A stretch of 30,631 nucleotides of DNA. Source: a virus. Location of the stretch: the IMG/VR virus record IMGVR_UViG_3300045988_175865, positions 118,001 through 148,631 of that record; one strand, given 5' to 3'. Positions within the stretch are counted from its first letter, which is position 1, and every line of letters starts with the position of its first letter. Of the stretch, positions 14,825-26,294 are shown piece by piece. Below the pieces are notes generated by a model, which was not told the DNA's origin, made no database searches, and saw only the letters and a program-made list of their open reading frames with translations. The position numbers were made by a program, and so were the translations under genes.

Positions 14825-17011
14825 ATGGCAGAATTAACACCTTCAAAGTTAGGAATTAACTCTACAGGTACTTTTAAGGTTTATTATAGTGCTGGTCAAA
14901 TGGCAACTAATGGTACTTATGATAACCTTTATTTATATCCAGAAGTTGCAGGTTTAAGTGGAACTATTACAGATCAAACGACTTCTGGCTGTACTATTAA
15001 CATTACTAATACCGCAGCTATTACTAAAGATCAAACAGTTACTTGTTCATTCTCAGTAAATAATAACATTACAAAACCTGTAATTGTAAATTTCCCAATA
15101 AGACTGCATAAAGATGCAGCAGGATTTTATCCAGATACAAGAACAATAACTGTACCAAATACAGGAGGAAGTTATACAGTAACTTTCCAAACTAACTACG
15201 CAAATATTAAAAAATGAGATGTATCTGTTACAAGCGCAGACGCATTAGCAACAGTTACAGTATTAGATTTTGATTCATCTTATGTTAAATTTAAAATAGA
15301 TGTTTCTGAAAATACGGAATGAACAGAAGATTTAACTAGAAGTATTGGTATAATTGTAACTAATACTAGTAATAGACGCTTTAGTTGAAAATACTCATTT
15401 ACAATTGCTAAATCAGACACACCTTCAGATTTAAATTTAATAGTTACTCCAGCTTCTGCAAATTATGATGCTGCTTCAATAGTTACAAATAAATTTTATT
15501 TAACTACTACAAAAACGGAAGAGACTATTTCATCATTTAATGTTGTATGTAGTCAAGCAAGTGATATATTAAATAATACTGAAGATAAGTCTTTTATTTT
15601 AACTTTACCTGAAAACGATACAGTAAATGATTTATCGTTTGATGCATCAGTAACTGCACAAACATCTGGAGGATATACAATTAAAGCAACAGTACCTATC
15701 ACTCAAAGTAAAACATACTTGACTTTACCTGTTACAAATTATGATATAAGTTATTCTCAAAGTACATTAACTATTAATGGATTAAGTTCAAATAATATTA
15801 GTGCTAGTGATGTAGTATTTGCAATTCCAGAAGATGCACAATCTTGAATCAGCTCTCCTAAATTTACATATAATAATGGAAACGCAATAATTACTTTTAA
15901 TGTTACTGAAAATACTAGTTTATCAAGAAGAAATACTACAATCGGCATATCTGTAGTTAAAGACAGTAGTAGTATTATTAACTTATCTATAAATGTAAAT
16001 CAAGCTGTTAAATCAGATATAGCTCCAATTTGGAAAGATTATATTTGGGCTGAGGAAACCTTAGACGACTTTATAGAGTATCATTTAGATGATGGAGGAA
16101 CTACAATTTATGCTGGTAAAGCATATAAGTATCCAGGTGCAGATAGAGTAGAGTTCTTGTTAAATAGTGTAACTGAGAATTATCTATCTAATGGAATATC
16201 ATTCCCAACTACATTAAGTACAAGCATTATGCCTAATTACTTGAAAGACTTTACTTTAGTAACCTCAACTGGAAATGAGAAGCCAATTATATTCTTTAAT
16301 GACTGGTCTTATAAAGATACAGATTTAACAAGTGGATATTTCTTGAGTGATCCAATTACTGGCTTAATTGACCCAAGACAATATGTAATGACAAGTTGGT
16401 TGTTACCTACTGGAGAAGGTTTAGTTAATAGATTCTATTATAAAGACGGAATTCAAACTACAACAGATGTTACTTTAAAGAGTGGTATTAATGGCTATAC
16501 ATTTGTTGAGAATATAACTAATCTGCAATTAGGTTGTGGAGATTATATAGTTATAGCATTTGTAGTTTCTGGAACTATTAGCCAAAAACAAATTAAATAT
16601 ACAATAGATAATACTGGAAAAGATTATGTTCTGTATTATGTAAATGCAGCTGGAGGATGGGATTCATTGTTAATTGAAGGAAATGTTAAGAAGACTGATG
16701 AGTTTGAATCTGAAAGCTATATAAAACGAGTATTGAGACCCTCAACAGAGTTTGCAAGAAATAAATACCTGAATACTATTACTTCCAGTTGGACTTTATA
16801 TACAGGCTATTTAAATGATGAACAAGCATCTAAAATGTATAATCTGTTAGAATCTACTCAAGTATATTTACATAACCTTAAAGATAATACAATTACTCCA
16901 GTACTGATTACAGATACAAGTTGTGAGTATAAGACTTATACAAATCAAGGTAAAAACAAGTTCTATTATACAATTAATGTAGAAGCTTCTCAAGATACTT
17001 ATCGTAAATAA
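14825..17011 (+). CDS. Large tail/baseplate structural protein with N-terminal BACON/Ig-like repeats (728 aa)
   Basis: Codon-by-codon check shows track ORFs 14825-15217 and 16157-17011 are in one frame, open through TGA at 15215, 15320, 15386 and 15845. Repeats such as W-ISSPKFTYNNGNAIITFNVTENTSLSRRNTTIGISV are BACON-like. Confidence 0.75.
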
Positions 17012-17013
17012 TT

Positions 17014-20000
17014 ATGAGAAAGAATATTAAATTATTTATTGCAAATAAAGAGGTTGACTGTAGTGAGGGAATTAGTCTTCCTATGACATATACTGTTGAG
17101 GATTTCCAAAACCCCACTATAGTCAAGAACTCGTTTAGTAAAACGATTTCTATACCTGACACAAAGAATAATAATAAGATTTTTGGAGAGATTTATAAGT
17201 TAGATAGATTTCTCCATATAAAAGAAGGTAATTTCTCTGGCGTATATTTTGATCCTTCAAAAAGAGTTGACTTTGGAATCTATAATAATGGATATTTAGT
17301 TGAATCAGGATATATGCAGTTAAATAGCATCTCTATAAAGCAAGCAGTTATTACTTATAATATTACTTTATATGGAGGATTGGGAGATTTCTTTTATGGA
17401 CTTAAATATAAAGAAGATGGCACTATTAGAACTCTAGCTGATTTACAATACTTTGTAACTGATGAGGATGGTAATGTACTTCCTACCGATACTGAAATGA
17501 ATTTCCACATTAATAAAGATTTTGTAAATACTTGTTTTAATTGGAGTAAAGTAAATGACGGAAGTCAAATTTATGATTTTTTAACATTTATTCCTGCATA
17601 TAACGGTTTATATGAAAACTTTGATAATGAAACTTGTTTAATAAATACTAATGGAGATAATTTATTTCCTACTAGTAAGACCGATTCAGGAACTACATAC
17701 ACACCTTATAATGGATATGGATTAGCTAAATTAAATAGAGCATATACAGAATGGGAGATGAGAGATCTTAGAAGTTATATGCAAAGGCCAGCATTAAAAT
17801 TAAGTAAGTTAATAGAAACTATATGTAGAAAAGAGAATTCTGGATATGATGTGATATTTGATGATAGTTTCTTTAATTATTCAAATCCATATTGAAATAA
17901 AGCGTTTGTTGCATTATCTTTATTAGGATCTACTGAAGATGAAGAATCAGATAATATTACAGAGAATGCTAAACTTACTAAATATAATGATTTGTTTTGG
18001 TGTGGATTAAAACCTGGAGGAACAACTACTTCAGTAAACTGGGGTAGATTTAGTGTTACAGGGAGTGATGTAATAGTTCCTGGGGAAGGCCAAGTAATTG
18101 ATTTATCTGCAACTCCTGCTAATACTCTTGTTAATATTAATGTTGATTTTCAGCTATTTTATAATGCAAATGTTTCAGCAGGTAATGATTTATATTTATC
18201 TTATGTAAGGAACGGAAGAGCTGGAAATACAGATTATAGGAATGATCCTTACAGAACATCAGTAACAGCACAGATATTGATATATGATGCTGAAGATACT
18301 TCATCTCCTAGTAGACCTATAGCATACTCTCCTTTATATAACTTTACAAATAAGATAAACACTCAAGTTCAATCAGGACCTGGAACTTGGTTTAAGTATT
18401 ATCCATTAACTGATGCGCCTGTAGAAGCTATTTTTGGTCACTTTGTAAAAGATAGTGGAAATAGGTATTATTTTAAAAGTGATAATAATACTAATACTTT
18501 CAGATTTACTGTAAAAGATATGCCTAAAGTTAATAAGATTTTAGTGAATATACAAATTGCAAGAAGAACTGAGAGTTTATACAATCAAGATGCAGTATGA
18601 CAATCAGATAATATGCATCCTAATAATGTCACAGCAAATAGAGTTGCTGGATGGTCAGAATTTTTATATGATGAAACTCAATATACATTAAAAGCTTCTT
18701 GGCCTTCAGCAGTTACTTCTGATGCTTTAATTACTAAGCAGAAATTATTAAAGACAGAACAATCTCCTGTTGATTACTTATTAAGTTATGCAAAACTATT
18801 TGGATTGTATTTTACAAAAGATATTGATAGTAAAACAATTAGAATATATACTAGAAATAATTTCTTTAAGAATATAATCTCTGATTGGAGTAAAAGGATT
18901 GATTATTCTAAAGACTTCAATGTAAATCCAATATTATTTGATAAGAAGTGATATACTATGTCATTAGAAACTCCAGAAACATATTATGCCAAGAAATATG
19001 ATAGACAATATGATATAGATTATGGTCAGCAAAGATTAAACACTGGATATAATTTTAATAGTGATAATACTGATTTATATTCTGGAAATATATTTCAAAA
19101 TGTAGTATCAGCAAGAGATGCAGATAAGTATTTTAGAAATTTCTTTAATTCTGGAAATACTTATGTACCCGCATTTATGAATGATAATATTACATATAGT
19201 TTATTTAATAGAACTTCTACAGAAGTAAAGACTAATGATCAGGATTTATATGGAGCTAATTTTATAGACCAAGGTAAGACTACAGAATGGTGGGATGTTC
19301 CTGGAAATGATATATTTGCAAAAACTTGTTTTTATACATTAGATAATAATGAACAAAGTCTTGAAGAGATAAAAAGTACTTTATTATTTTATAATGATGA
19401 TGTTAATATGAAAGATATAAATGGTAATCCTATTTATTATTGGATTACTGATGATGTTACAGAAATGTCAGTTCTTAATGATGGAGAACCTTGTTATATC
19501 TATACTAATAGTGAAAATAATTCTGCAGGACAAAAAATAGCTATTAGAAGAAACATATTACCACAATTTATAAGATACACTATTTCTAGTAATTTTATAT
19601 CTTCATCTTGAGATTTTGGGGTTCCAAGAGAAATATACATTGATAAAGTTAGTTATTTAGAACAATCTACTTTATATAGTAGATTCTGGAGTGAATTTTA
19701 TAATGATCAATTTGATGTAAATACTAAAAAAGTTACCTGCTTTGTAAGATTGGATGATTTAGATGTTAAGTATGATTTACTTAGACAGTTCTATTATTTT
19801 GAAGATTCTTACTGGATACTTAATAAGATTGATGCTTATGATATTAATTCAGATTCTACAGTTAGATGCGAATTTATTAAAGTTCAAGATATTAATAGTT
19901 ATTTAGCTGGAGTTCAAAATCTAGGTGAATATATATCATTTGATGATTCAGATCCAGTTGTAGATTATAAAGCTGGGACTAAAAAGATTACAGTTACTTC

Positions 20001-20454
20001 TAATATTCCTTGAGAATTAGGATGATATAGTCCAAATGAAATTGTAAGCATTACACCTGAATCTGGGCAGCCTGGAGAAACAGAATTGACAGTTACATAT
20101 AATGAGAATACTACATATGACCAAAGGAGTTTCTATTTTAGTCTTTATAAACAAGGAAGTATAAATGGCCCTCAATGTATGTTTACTCAAACTCCAGACC
20201 CAAATAAAGCTATTCTTATTACAGGAAAACTTCAAACTTCTACTGGAGGTATTCCTTCTGGCGTTAATCAGATTCTAACTGAAAATGATAATTTCTTAAA
20301 TGTCACTTATATGAGAGATGATGGAAGTTATAGAATATATGCTCAAAATGGAGTTCAATTTTTATTTAGAGTATCTGACGGACCAACAGGAACAATTAAA
20401 TATACAGAGAATTTAACACTAACAGAAGATACTGTTAAAAATATTACAATCTAA
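17014..20454 (+). CDS. Very large tail-tip/host-recognition protein (1146 aa) with a C-terminal BACON-like domain
   Basis: Six track ORFs (17014, 17992, 18613, 18958, 19750, 20086) share one frame, joined only by TGA at 17893, 18598, 18949, 19609, 20011 and 20023. The C-terminus reads W-YSPNEIVSITPESGQPGETELTVTYNENTTYDQRSFYF. TAA at 20452-20454. Confidence 0.8.
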
Positions 20455-23135
20455 TGGCACAAACAGAAATTAAAAAGGTTATTAGTATTGATACTAAGTC
20501 AAGTAATAAGTCAATAAACTCTTTAAAGAAAGATATTGATGCATTAACTAATTCGCTGAATGATTTAGAGATTGGTACTAAGGAATATAATGAAACTCTT
20601 TCATTACTTGGTAAGAGACAATCAGAATTCAATAAAATTAATGAGCAGATAGCAAGATCTTCAAGAACTACTGCTCAAAGGTTTGAAAGTGTAGCTAAAA
20701 TATCCACTGGTTTGGCCAGTGGATATGGAGCTGCAACAGCTGCCATTACTTTATTTGGGAAAGAATCTGAGGATTTAAATAAAGTAATGGTTAAGTTACA
20801 ATCTACTATTACTTTAGTTCAAGGTGTGGGAGGTATAAAAGATTTATTAGAAGAATTGCCTACTTTAGGTAATTGGTTTAAGAAATTAACTGATTTTATC
20901 TCTCCATTTAATACAGGGTTGAATAATGCTGCCAAAAATCTTAATCAGATTGATGCATCTAAGCTTAATGGCATTGGCACATCTGTTGGTAATGTTGGAA
21001 CTGAATTAGGTAATATCTCTAAAGTAGTCAAGGATTTAGAAGGCACCAATATTAATTTTAAAGGAGGTATGATTCAAGGAGTAATGGGCACTCCTGCTGA
21101 AATATCTGCTACTAATAAGAGTGTATCTAAGACGATTCCGATTATAGGTAAATTAAATGATAGTACTAAAAAAGCTCGTAATAGTATAGCTGTAATCAAT
21201 GAACAATTAGAAAGACTAAAAAGAAATTCTCCTGGGATAGCTGCAGTTCTTAATAAACAAGCTGAAGCATCTAATGCAGCTGCTAAAGGTGCTGCAGAAT
21301 TAGCTTCTGGAGTAGGTAAGGTTAAAACTGCACTTAAAACTATTGGTAATGTAACTGTATGAATTGCATTAGCTACAGCTATTGGATTAGCTATTAATAA
21401 GATAATAGAGTATATATCCTCAATAAAATCAGCTGAAAAGGAGGCTGCTGAATTTAGAAAGTCTATTACAGATACTACTAATCAGATTGCTTCTAAATCT
21501 ATAGCTATCTTTAGAGAGTTACAAATAGCTTACGAAAGGGTTGGAGATTCTGCAGATGCTAAGCGTAAGTTTATAGAGCAATATTCAGATAAGATTAAAG
21601 AGACTGGCTTAAATATCACTGATGTAAAGACTGCAGAAGATGCGTTTGTAAATAATACTGGTAATTATGTAGAAGCATTAACTGCAAGAGCAAAAGCTCA
21701 GGCTATTGAACAGGCTGCAATTAAGCTTTATGAGGAGTATTTAAACAAACGTACTGAACTGGAGAATCAAATTTCTGATACAAGCTTTGGAGAGGCATCT
21801 GCTTGGCAGGCTTTTAAAGCTACAGCAATGTTCTGAAAAGATTATTCTAATACTATTTATGAGTACACTAAGAAAAATAAAGAGAATACTTATAAACAGT
21901 TGGATGATTTAAATAAAGACATTGAGAAAAGGCTTAAAAAGCTATTTGAGGATGTAGCAGATACTAATAAAAAGTATGGTGAATTCTTTAATATTCCAAC
22001 TATTACAAAGAACACTACTGAAGCTAAGAAGGTAATTAATGAATTTGATGAATGGCTTCAAAAGAGATTAGAGGATAAAGATCCAGTAGATGAACTTGAA
22101 GATGAATATATTAGACTATTAGCATTAGCTATTAAGTATAATAGGGGAATTGAAGAGGTAGAAGCTTGGCATCAGGAAGAACTTAAAAAGATTAGAGATA
22201 AAGCTAGAGCTGATGAAGAAGCTAAGCGTAAAGCAGATGCAGATAAAGCTTGGAATGATCTACAGTCTGAATTAAAAAGGATTAGAGATTTATCTTCTAC
22301 AAGTAATTTGAGAGAGCCAAGAGAGCAGACCTTTCAGACTACTTATACTCAAGGTATATCGAAAGCATTTGGATTGGCTGGAGATTATGAAGGGACTGGT
22401 TATAAATTTACATATCAGAGTAGAGAGGACTTAGAGAATCAATACAATGCTCAAATTGAATACAATAACAACTTACTCTCATTAACTCAAGGTAGAATAG
22501 AGCAAGAGAATGCCTTATTAAGTCAGCAATTAATGAATGAACAATTAACTGCTGAACAAAAAGAGGAAATTCAAAGAACTCTTACTGAGAATAATATGGC
22601 CTTATCAGATGCTCAATTAGCTAATGAACAGGCAAATACTCAGGCTTATCAAAATCTTCAAAAAGCAAGGCAGCAAGCTTTACAGGGAACTTTATCTGTA
22701 GCTTCAAGCATTGCAGGAAGTATGGCAAGTATTTGGGGAGAGGAAAGTAAAGTAGGTAAAGGATTTGCTACTGCTCAAGCATTAATTGACACTTATTCAG
22801 CAGCAAATAGCGCATACTCTGCTATGGCAGGAATTCCTATTGTAGGTCCTGCTTTAGGTATTGCTGCAGCTGCAGCCGCAGTAGTTGCAGGTATTGCAAA
22901 TGTTAAAAAGATTTGAGAAGTAGATGAATCAGGTGCAAGTGGAGTGAGTGGAGCATCTGCAGCAGTGGCAGCACCAGCTGCTTTAAATACAGCTCCTGTA
23001 GAATATACTCGGAACTTACTTGGAGATAAAGAAACAGACCAACTTAACAATCCAATTAAATGTTATGTTGTTGAATCTGACATTACAAATGCACAGACTA
23101 AAGTGGCAGTTACTGAGTCTAATGCAAGTTTCTAA
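20454..23135 (+). CDS. Tape measure protein (893 aa)
   Basis: Track ORFs 20454, 21900 and 22944 are in the same frame, joined through TGA 21360, 21834 and 22914. Long coiled-coil regions, Gly/Ala-rich hydrophobic segments (GIPIVGPALGIAAAAAAVVAGI). Its ATG overlaps the preceding stop (TAATG). Confidence 0.8.
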
Positions 23136-23136
23136 A

Positions 23137-23154
23137 GTGAGTAAATTATTGACA
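23137..23154 (+). promoter_or_regulatory. Conserved motif variant GTGAGTAAATTATTGACA, copy 3 of 4
   Basis: Begins 2 nt after the tape-measure stop. Same GTGAGTAAA ... TTGACA ends as the 19-mer. Confidence 0.5.
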
Positions 23155-23232
23155 GCCTACTATGTAAGTTACTGTAAATCAGTGCTTATATAGTAGTGCA
23201 ATGTCAAAATTTTATTTATCTTAGATACCTGT

Positions 23233-23274
23233 GTGAGTAAAAAACTTGACAGTTATATTCTATATAAATATAAT
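23233..23274 (+). promoter_or_regulatory. Conserved 19-mer GTGAGTAAAAAACTTGACA, copy 4 of 4, here followed by 17 nt and TATAAT
   Basis: Exact copy of 1308-1326. TTGACA at 23246-23251, a 17-nt spacer, then TATAAT at 23269-23274. About 60 nt upstream of the capsid module ATG at 23333. Confidence 0.6.
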
Positions 23275-23332
23275 TTATTAAAAGATTGTAAAAAATATTA
23301 CATTTTTCTAACTAACTATATATTAATAAAAA

Positions 23333-23926
23333 ATGGAAAATATGTATAACGAACTGCCACTATATCAAGCAGTAATAACTGACGATTTTGATGGCATAGA
23401 ATATGTAGCTTTAACATCAAAGCCAGCTACTCAAGTAAACTGGGTTGCATTTAATAACTCTTTGAAATTCTCTATGGATGAAGATCAACATCTTGTGACT
23501 TCTTGTTTAATGGTATGTGATATGCCAATTTTTAGACGAGATGACAATTTGGGAGAATATTATATCCAATATGATAAAGAGACTTTAAGAGCAATGGCTG
23601 AGAAGATGATGAGGGATAAGAGAACTGATGCTGTTAATATAGAGCATTTAGAAGATTCTTCGATTCCTGGAATTGTACTACAAGAACTTTACATTAAAGA
23701 TGAGAAAAGAGGAATTTCTCCAATAGAATTCAAAGATGTGCCTGACGGTTCTTTATTTGTAACTTACAAAATAAATAATCCTATTATTTGGGATGCTATT
23801 AAAGCTGGAAAGTTCAAAGGCTTCTCTATTGAAGGCTTATTTACTTTAGAACGTAAGAGTGATGAATATACAGAACTTAAAGAGATACAAAGAATGTTGA
23901 AGAAGATAAAACGAATTAAAAAGTAA
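23333..23926 (+). CDS. Putative prohead protease, XkdF-like (197 aa)
   Basis: Sits directly before the scaffold and capsid genes. NIEHLEDSSIPGIVLQELYIKD ... IIWDAIKAGKFKGFSIEG resembles XkdF/S78_2-type phage proteases by eye. No TGA. Confidence 0.55.
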   Translation: MENMYNELPLYQAVITDDFDGIEYVALTSKPATQVNWVAFNNSLKFSMDEDQHLVTSCLMVCDMPIFRRDDNLGEYYIQYDKETLRAMAEKMMRDKRTDAVNIEHLEDSSIPGIVLQELYIKDEKRGISPIEFKDVPDGSLFVTYKINNPIIWDAIKAGKFKGFSIEGLFTLERKSDEYTELKEIQRMLKKIKRIKK

Positions 23927-23929
23927 ACT

Positions 23930-24541
23930 ATGAGCAAATTCACTAAAATCAAATTAGAGCTTGCCAGAATGTTGGCAAAATTCAGTGATCTGAAAACTTC
24001 AAATGGGGTCTTAACTTGGGATTCTGACGAAGATCTTAAAGCTGGAATGGATGTTTATGTAATGGATGAGAATGGCGAATACGCTCCTGCTGCTGATGGT
24101 GATTATGTTACCGAAGATGGTAAAACTATCGTAGTTAAGGAAGGTCGCGTTGAATCAATTACTGATCCTAAAGCTGAAGTAGATCCAGAGGAAGGAATGA
24201 AAACTGTTGAGGTAGCTGCTGCTTGCGGAACTAAGAAAGTAAACGCTGCTGAGGAAGAAGTTGCAGATCCTATGGTTCAAACCGATGGTGTTAAAGAAAG
24301 TGAAACTGATGCCATTGATGCAATTCATAGAGAGATTAATGAGCTTTATGACATTGTAGACAAACTTACAAAGAAGGTTGCCGAGCTTGAAGCAAAAGGA
24401 ACTGAAACAAAAGAGACTGTTGAGAAAATGAGCAAAATGAGTGCTGCTTTCTCTGCAGAAGAAGAGATTGAAACAAAGCGTACTACTCCTACAAGTGGCA
24501 ATGCAGAAATAGATAGAAAGCTTAAAAACTTTATTGGTTAA
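23930..24541 (+). CDS. Putative scaffolding protein (203 aa)
   Basis: Acidic, with a coiled-coil segment (REINELYDIVDKLTKKVAELEAKG). Lies between the protease and the major capsid gene. No TGA. Confidence 0.5.
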   Translation: MSKFTKIKLELARMLAKFSDLKTSNGVLTWDSDEDLKAGMDVYVMDENGEYAPAADGDYVTEDGKTIVVKEGRVESITDPKAEVDPEEGMKTVEVAAACGTKKVNAAEEEVADPMVQTDGVKESETDAIDAIHREINELYDIVDKLTKKVAELEAKGTETKETVEKMSKMSAAFSAEEEIETKRTTPTSGNAEIDRKLKNFIG

Positions 24542-24562
24542 TAATTTAAAAATTAATAATTT

Positions 24563-25462
24563 ATGAATCCTGTAATGACTTCTTTGACTGCTTATGTTGA
24601 GCAGCGTAGATTACCTCTTATTAAAGAGGCTGTATTAAAAGCTAAGAGTGCTAGTTTATTTAACTTACAGACTGATATTAAAACTTCAGCTGCTCTTAAC
24701 TTACTTTCAACTGATGTTGAATTTGGAGATGGTCTGACTTGTGGATGGGATGAGGCTGGAACGCAGACTCTTTCACAACGAGTTCTTACGACTGGAAATA
24801 TAAAGATTAATATGGCTTATTGCGACAAAGCTATGCTTAAATATTGGACTCAGTATCAGGTTCGCGTTGCTGCTGGTCAGAAAACGCTTCCTTTCGAAGA
24901 GGACTTTATTAGTGGTGTAGTTGAGAATGTTAAAGCCGCTATTGAAACCGCTATCTGGCAAGGTGATACTAGTTCTGGTACGAACAACCTTAAATATTTC
25001 GATGGTCTGTTAAAGATCTTAAAAGATGCTGCTGGTACTGTTGATGTAACGATTACTGGTACTTCTGCTTACGATGACATTATGGCTGTTTATAACGCTA
25101 TTCCTGAGAAAGTACTTGATGGTGCTTCTATCTTAGTAGGTGCTGATACCTTCCGTAAATTCGTCCAGGAGTTAGTTGCTAAGAACTACTTCCATTATAG
25201 TGGTGAGAATCTTAATGGTGAGATTATGCTTCCTGGTTCGCAGGTTAAAGTAATCGCTGTTAATGGTCTTAACGGAACTGACAAGATCGTTGCTGGTCAG
25301 CTTGATAAGAACTTCTTCTATGGCTGCGATATGATGAACGACGAAGAGAAATTCGAAATGTGGTATTCGCAGGATTTCAGAGAATTTAGATTAGCTATTG
25401 AATTTAACGCTGGTGTACAGGTTGCATTCCCAGATGAGATCGTACTTGGTGTAAAAGCTTAA
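24563..25462 (+). CDS. Major capsid protein, HK97 fold (299 aa)
   Basis: Size, position, and motifs typical of Phage_capsid proteins (AIWQGD, YFDGLL, ...FRLAIEFNAGVQV). Codon usage is visibly shifted to GCT/GGT/CGT/CAG. Four Trp, all TGG. Confidence 0.85.
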   Translation: MNPVMTSLTAYVEQRRLPLIKEAVLKAKSASLFNLQTDIKTSAALNLLSTDVEFGDGLTCGWDEAGTQTLSQRVLTTGNIKINMAYCDKAMLKYWTQYQVRVAAGQKTLPFEEDFISGVVENVKAAIETAIWQGDTSSGTNNLKYFDGLLKILKDAAGTVDVTITGTSAYDDIMAVYNAIPEKVLDGASILVGADTFRKFVQELVAKNYFHYSGENLNGEIMLPGSQVKVIAVNGLNGTDKIVAGQLDKNFFYGCDMMNDEEKFEMWYSQDFREFRLAIEFNAGVQVAFPDEIVLGVKA

Positions 25463-25505
25463 ATAATAGATAATCAGTAATTTATAACTAAAATAATCTG
25501 AACAT

Positions 25506-26273
25506 ATGAACCGAATTGGGAACGTTTATATAATTACAAATACTATAAATAACAAAGTTTACATAGGTCAAACTATAAGAAATATAAGACAAAGATTTAG
25601 TGAGCATATGTCTCTTCATCAGAGAGGCAATGCTCATCTAAAATCTGCAGTATTAAAATACGGTAAAGAATCTTTTAATATAGAGGTATTAAAGACTTTA
25701 GAGACTAATAATGAAGATGAACTCTTTAAGTTTCTAGATAAATGGGAAAAGTACTATATAAAGAAGTATAAGTCTTATGATTCTGAGTTTGGCTATAATA
25801 TTGATTTTGGAGGTCAATTAAATAGAGTGGTATCTGATGAATCTAGAAAAAAGATAAGTGAATCACATAAAGGTGTTAAGTTATCTCTTGAGAGAATAGA
25901 AAAGCAGAGAGAATATATGAAGAATCATCCAGAAAGATGGATTGATCCTATACATAATATAGGTAAACAACTTTCTGAGGGACATAAACGCAAAATATCT
26001 GAAGCTCAAAAAGGAGAGAAGAAAAATATGTGAGGGAAACATCATAGTGATGCTACCAAAGAAAAACTTAGTAAAAGTGTCAGTGCTGCTATGATTAATA
26101 AGTATGGTAAACCAGTATTGCAGTATTCATTAGATGGAGAATTTATTAAAGAATGGAATTGTATAATGAATGCAGCTAAATCATTTAATAGTAAGCGTTC
26201 TCATATTCCAGATGTATGTAATGGTAAAAGATCTTCTTGTTTTGGTTATAAATGAAAGTGGAAATACGAATAA
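25506..26273 (+). CDS. GIY-YIG homing endonuclease (255 aa) inserted between the capsid and tail-tube genes
   Basis: GNVYIITNTINNKVYIGQT (GIY-YIG), LKYGKESFNIEVL, repeated NUMOD3-like SESHKG / SEGHKRKISEAQKG, C-terminal KPVLQYSLDGEFIKEW...FGYK-W-KWKYE. TGA at 26031 and 26253; TAA at 26271-26273. Confidence 0.9.
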
Positions 26274-26294
26274 TTAATAAAGTTTAATAAATAT

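Noticed and set aside
22793-23050. An 85-aa minus-strand Ala-rich ORF
   Set aside because: It is the mirror image of the Gly/Ala-rich segment of the tape-measure protein (GCT/GCA runs read as AGC/TGC on the other strand). It has no independent start context.
23246-23274. TTGACA, 17 nt, TATAAT: a perfect E. coli-type sigma-70 promoter as the general meaning of the 19-nt motif
   Set aside because: Only this one of the four copies has a -10 hexamer at the right distance. The other three have hairpins or unrelated sequence there, so the shared element cannot simply be a -35 box of a standard sigma-70 promoter. It is kept as a property of copy 4 only.
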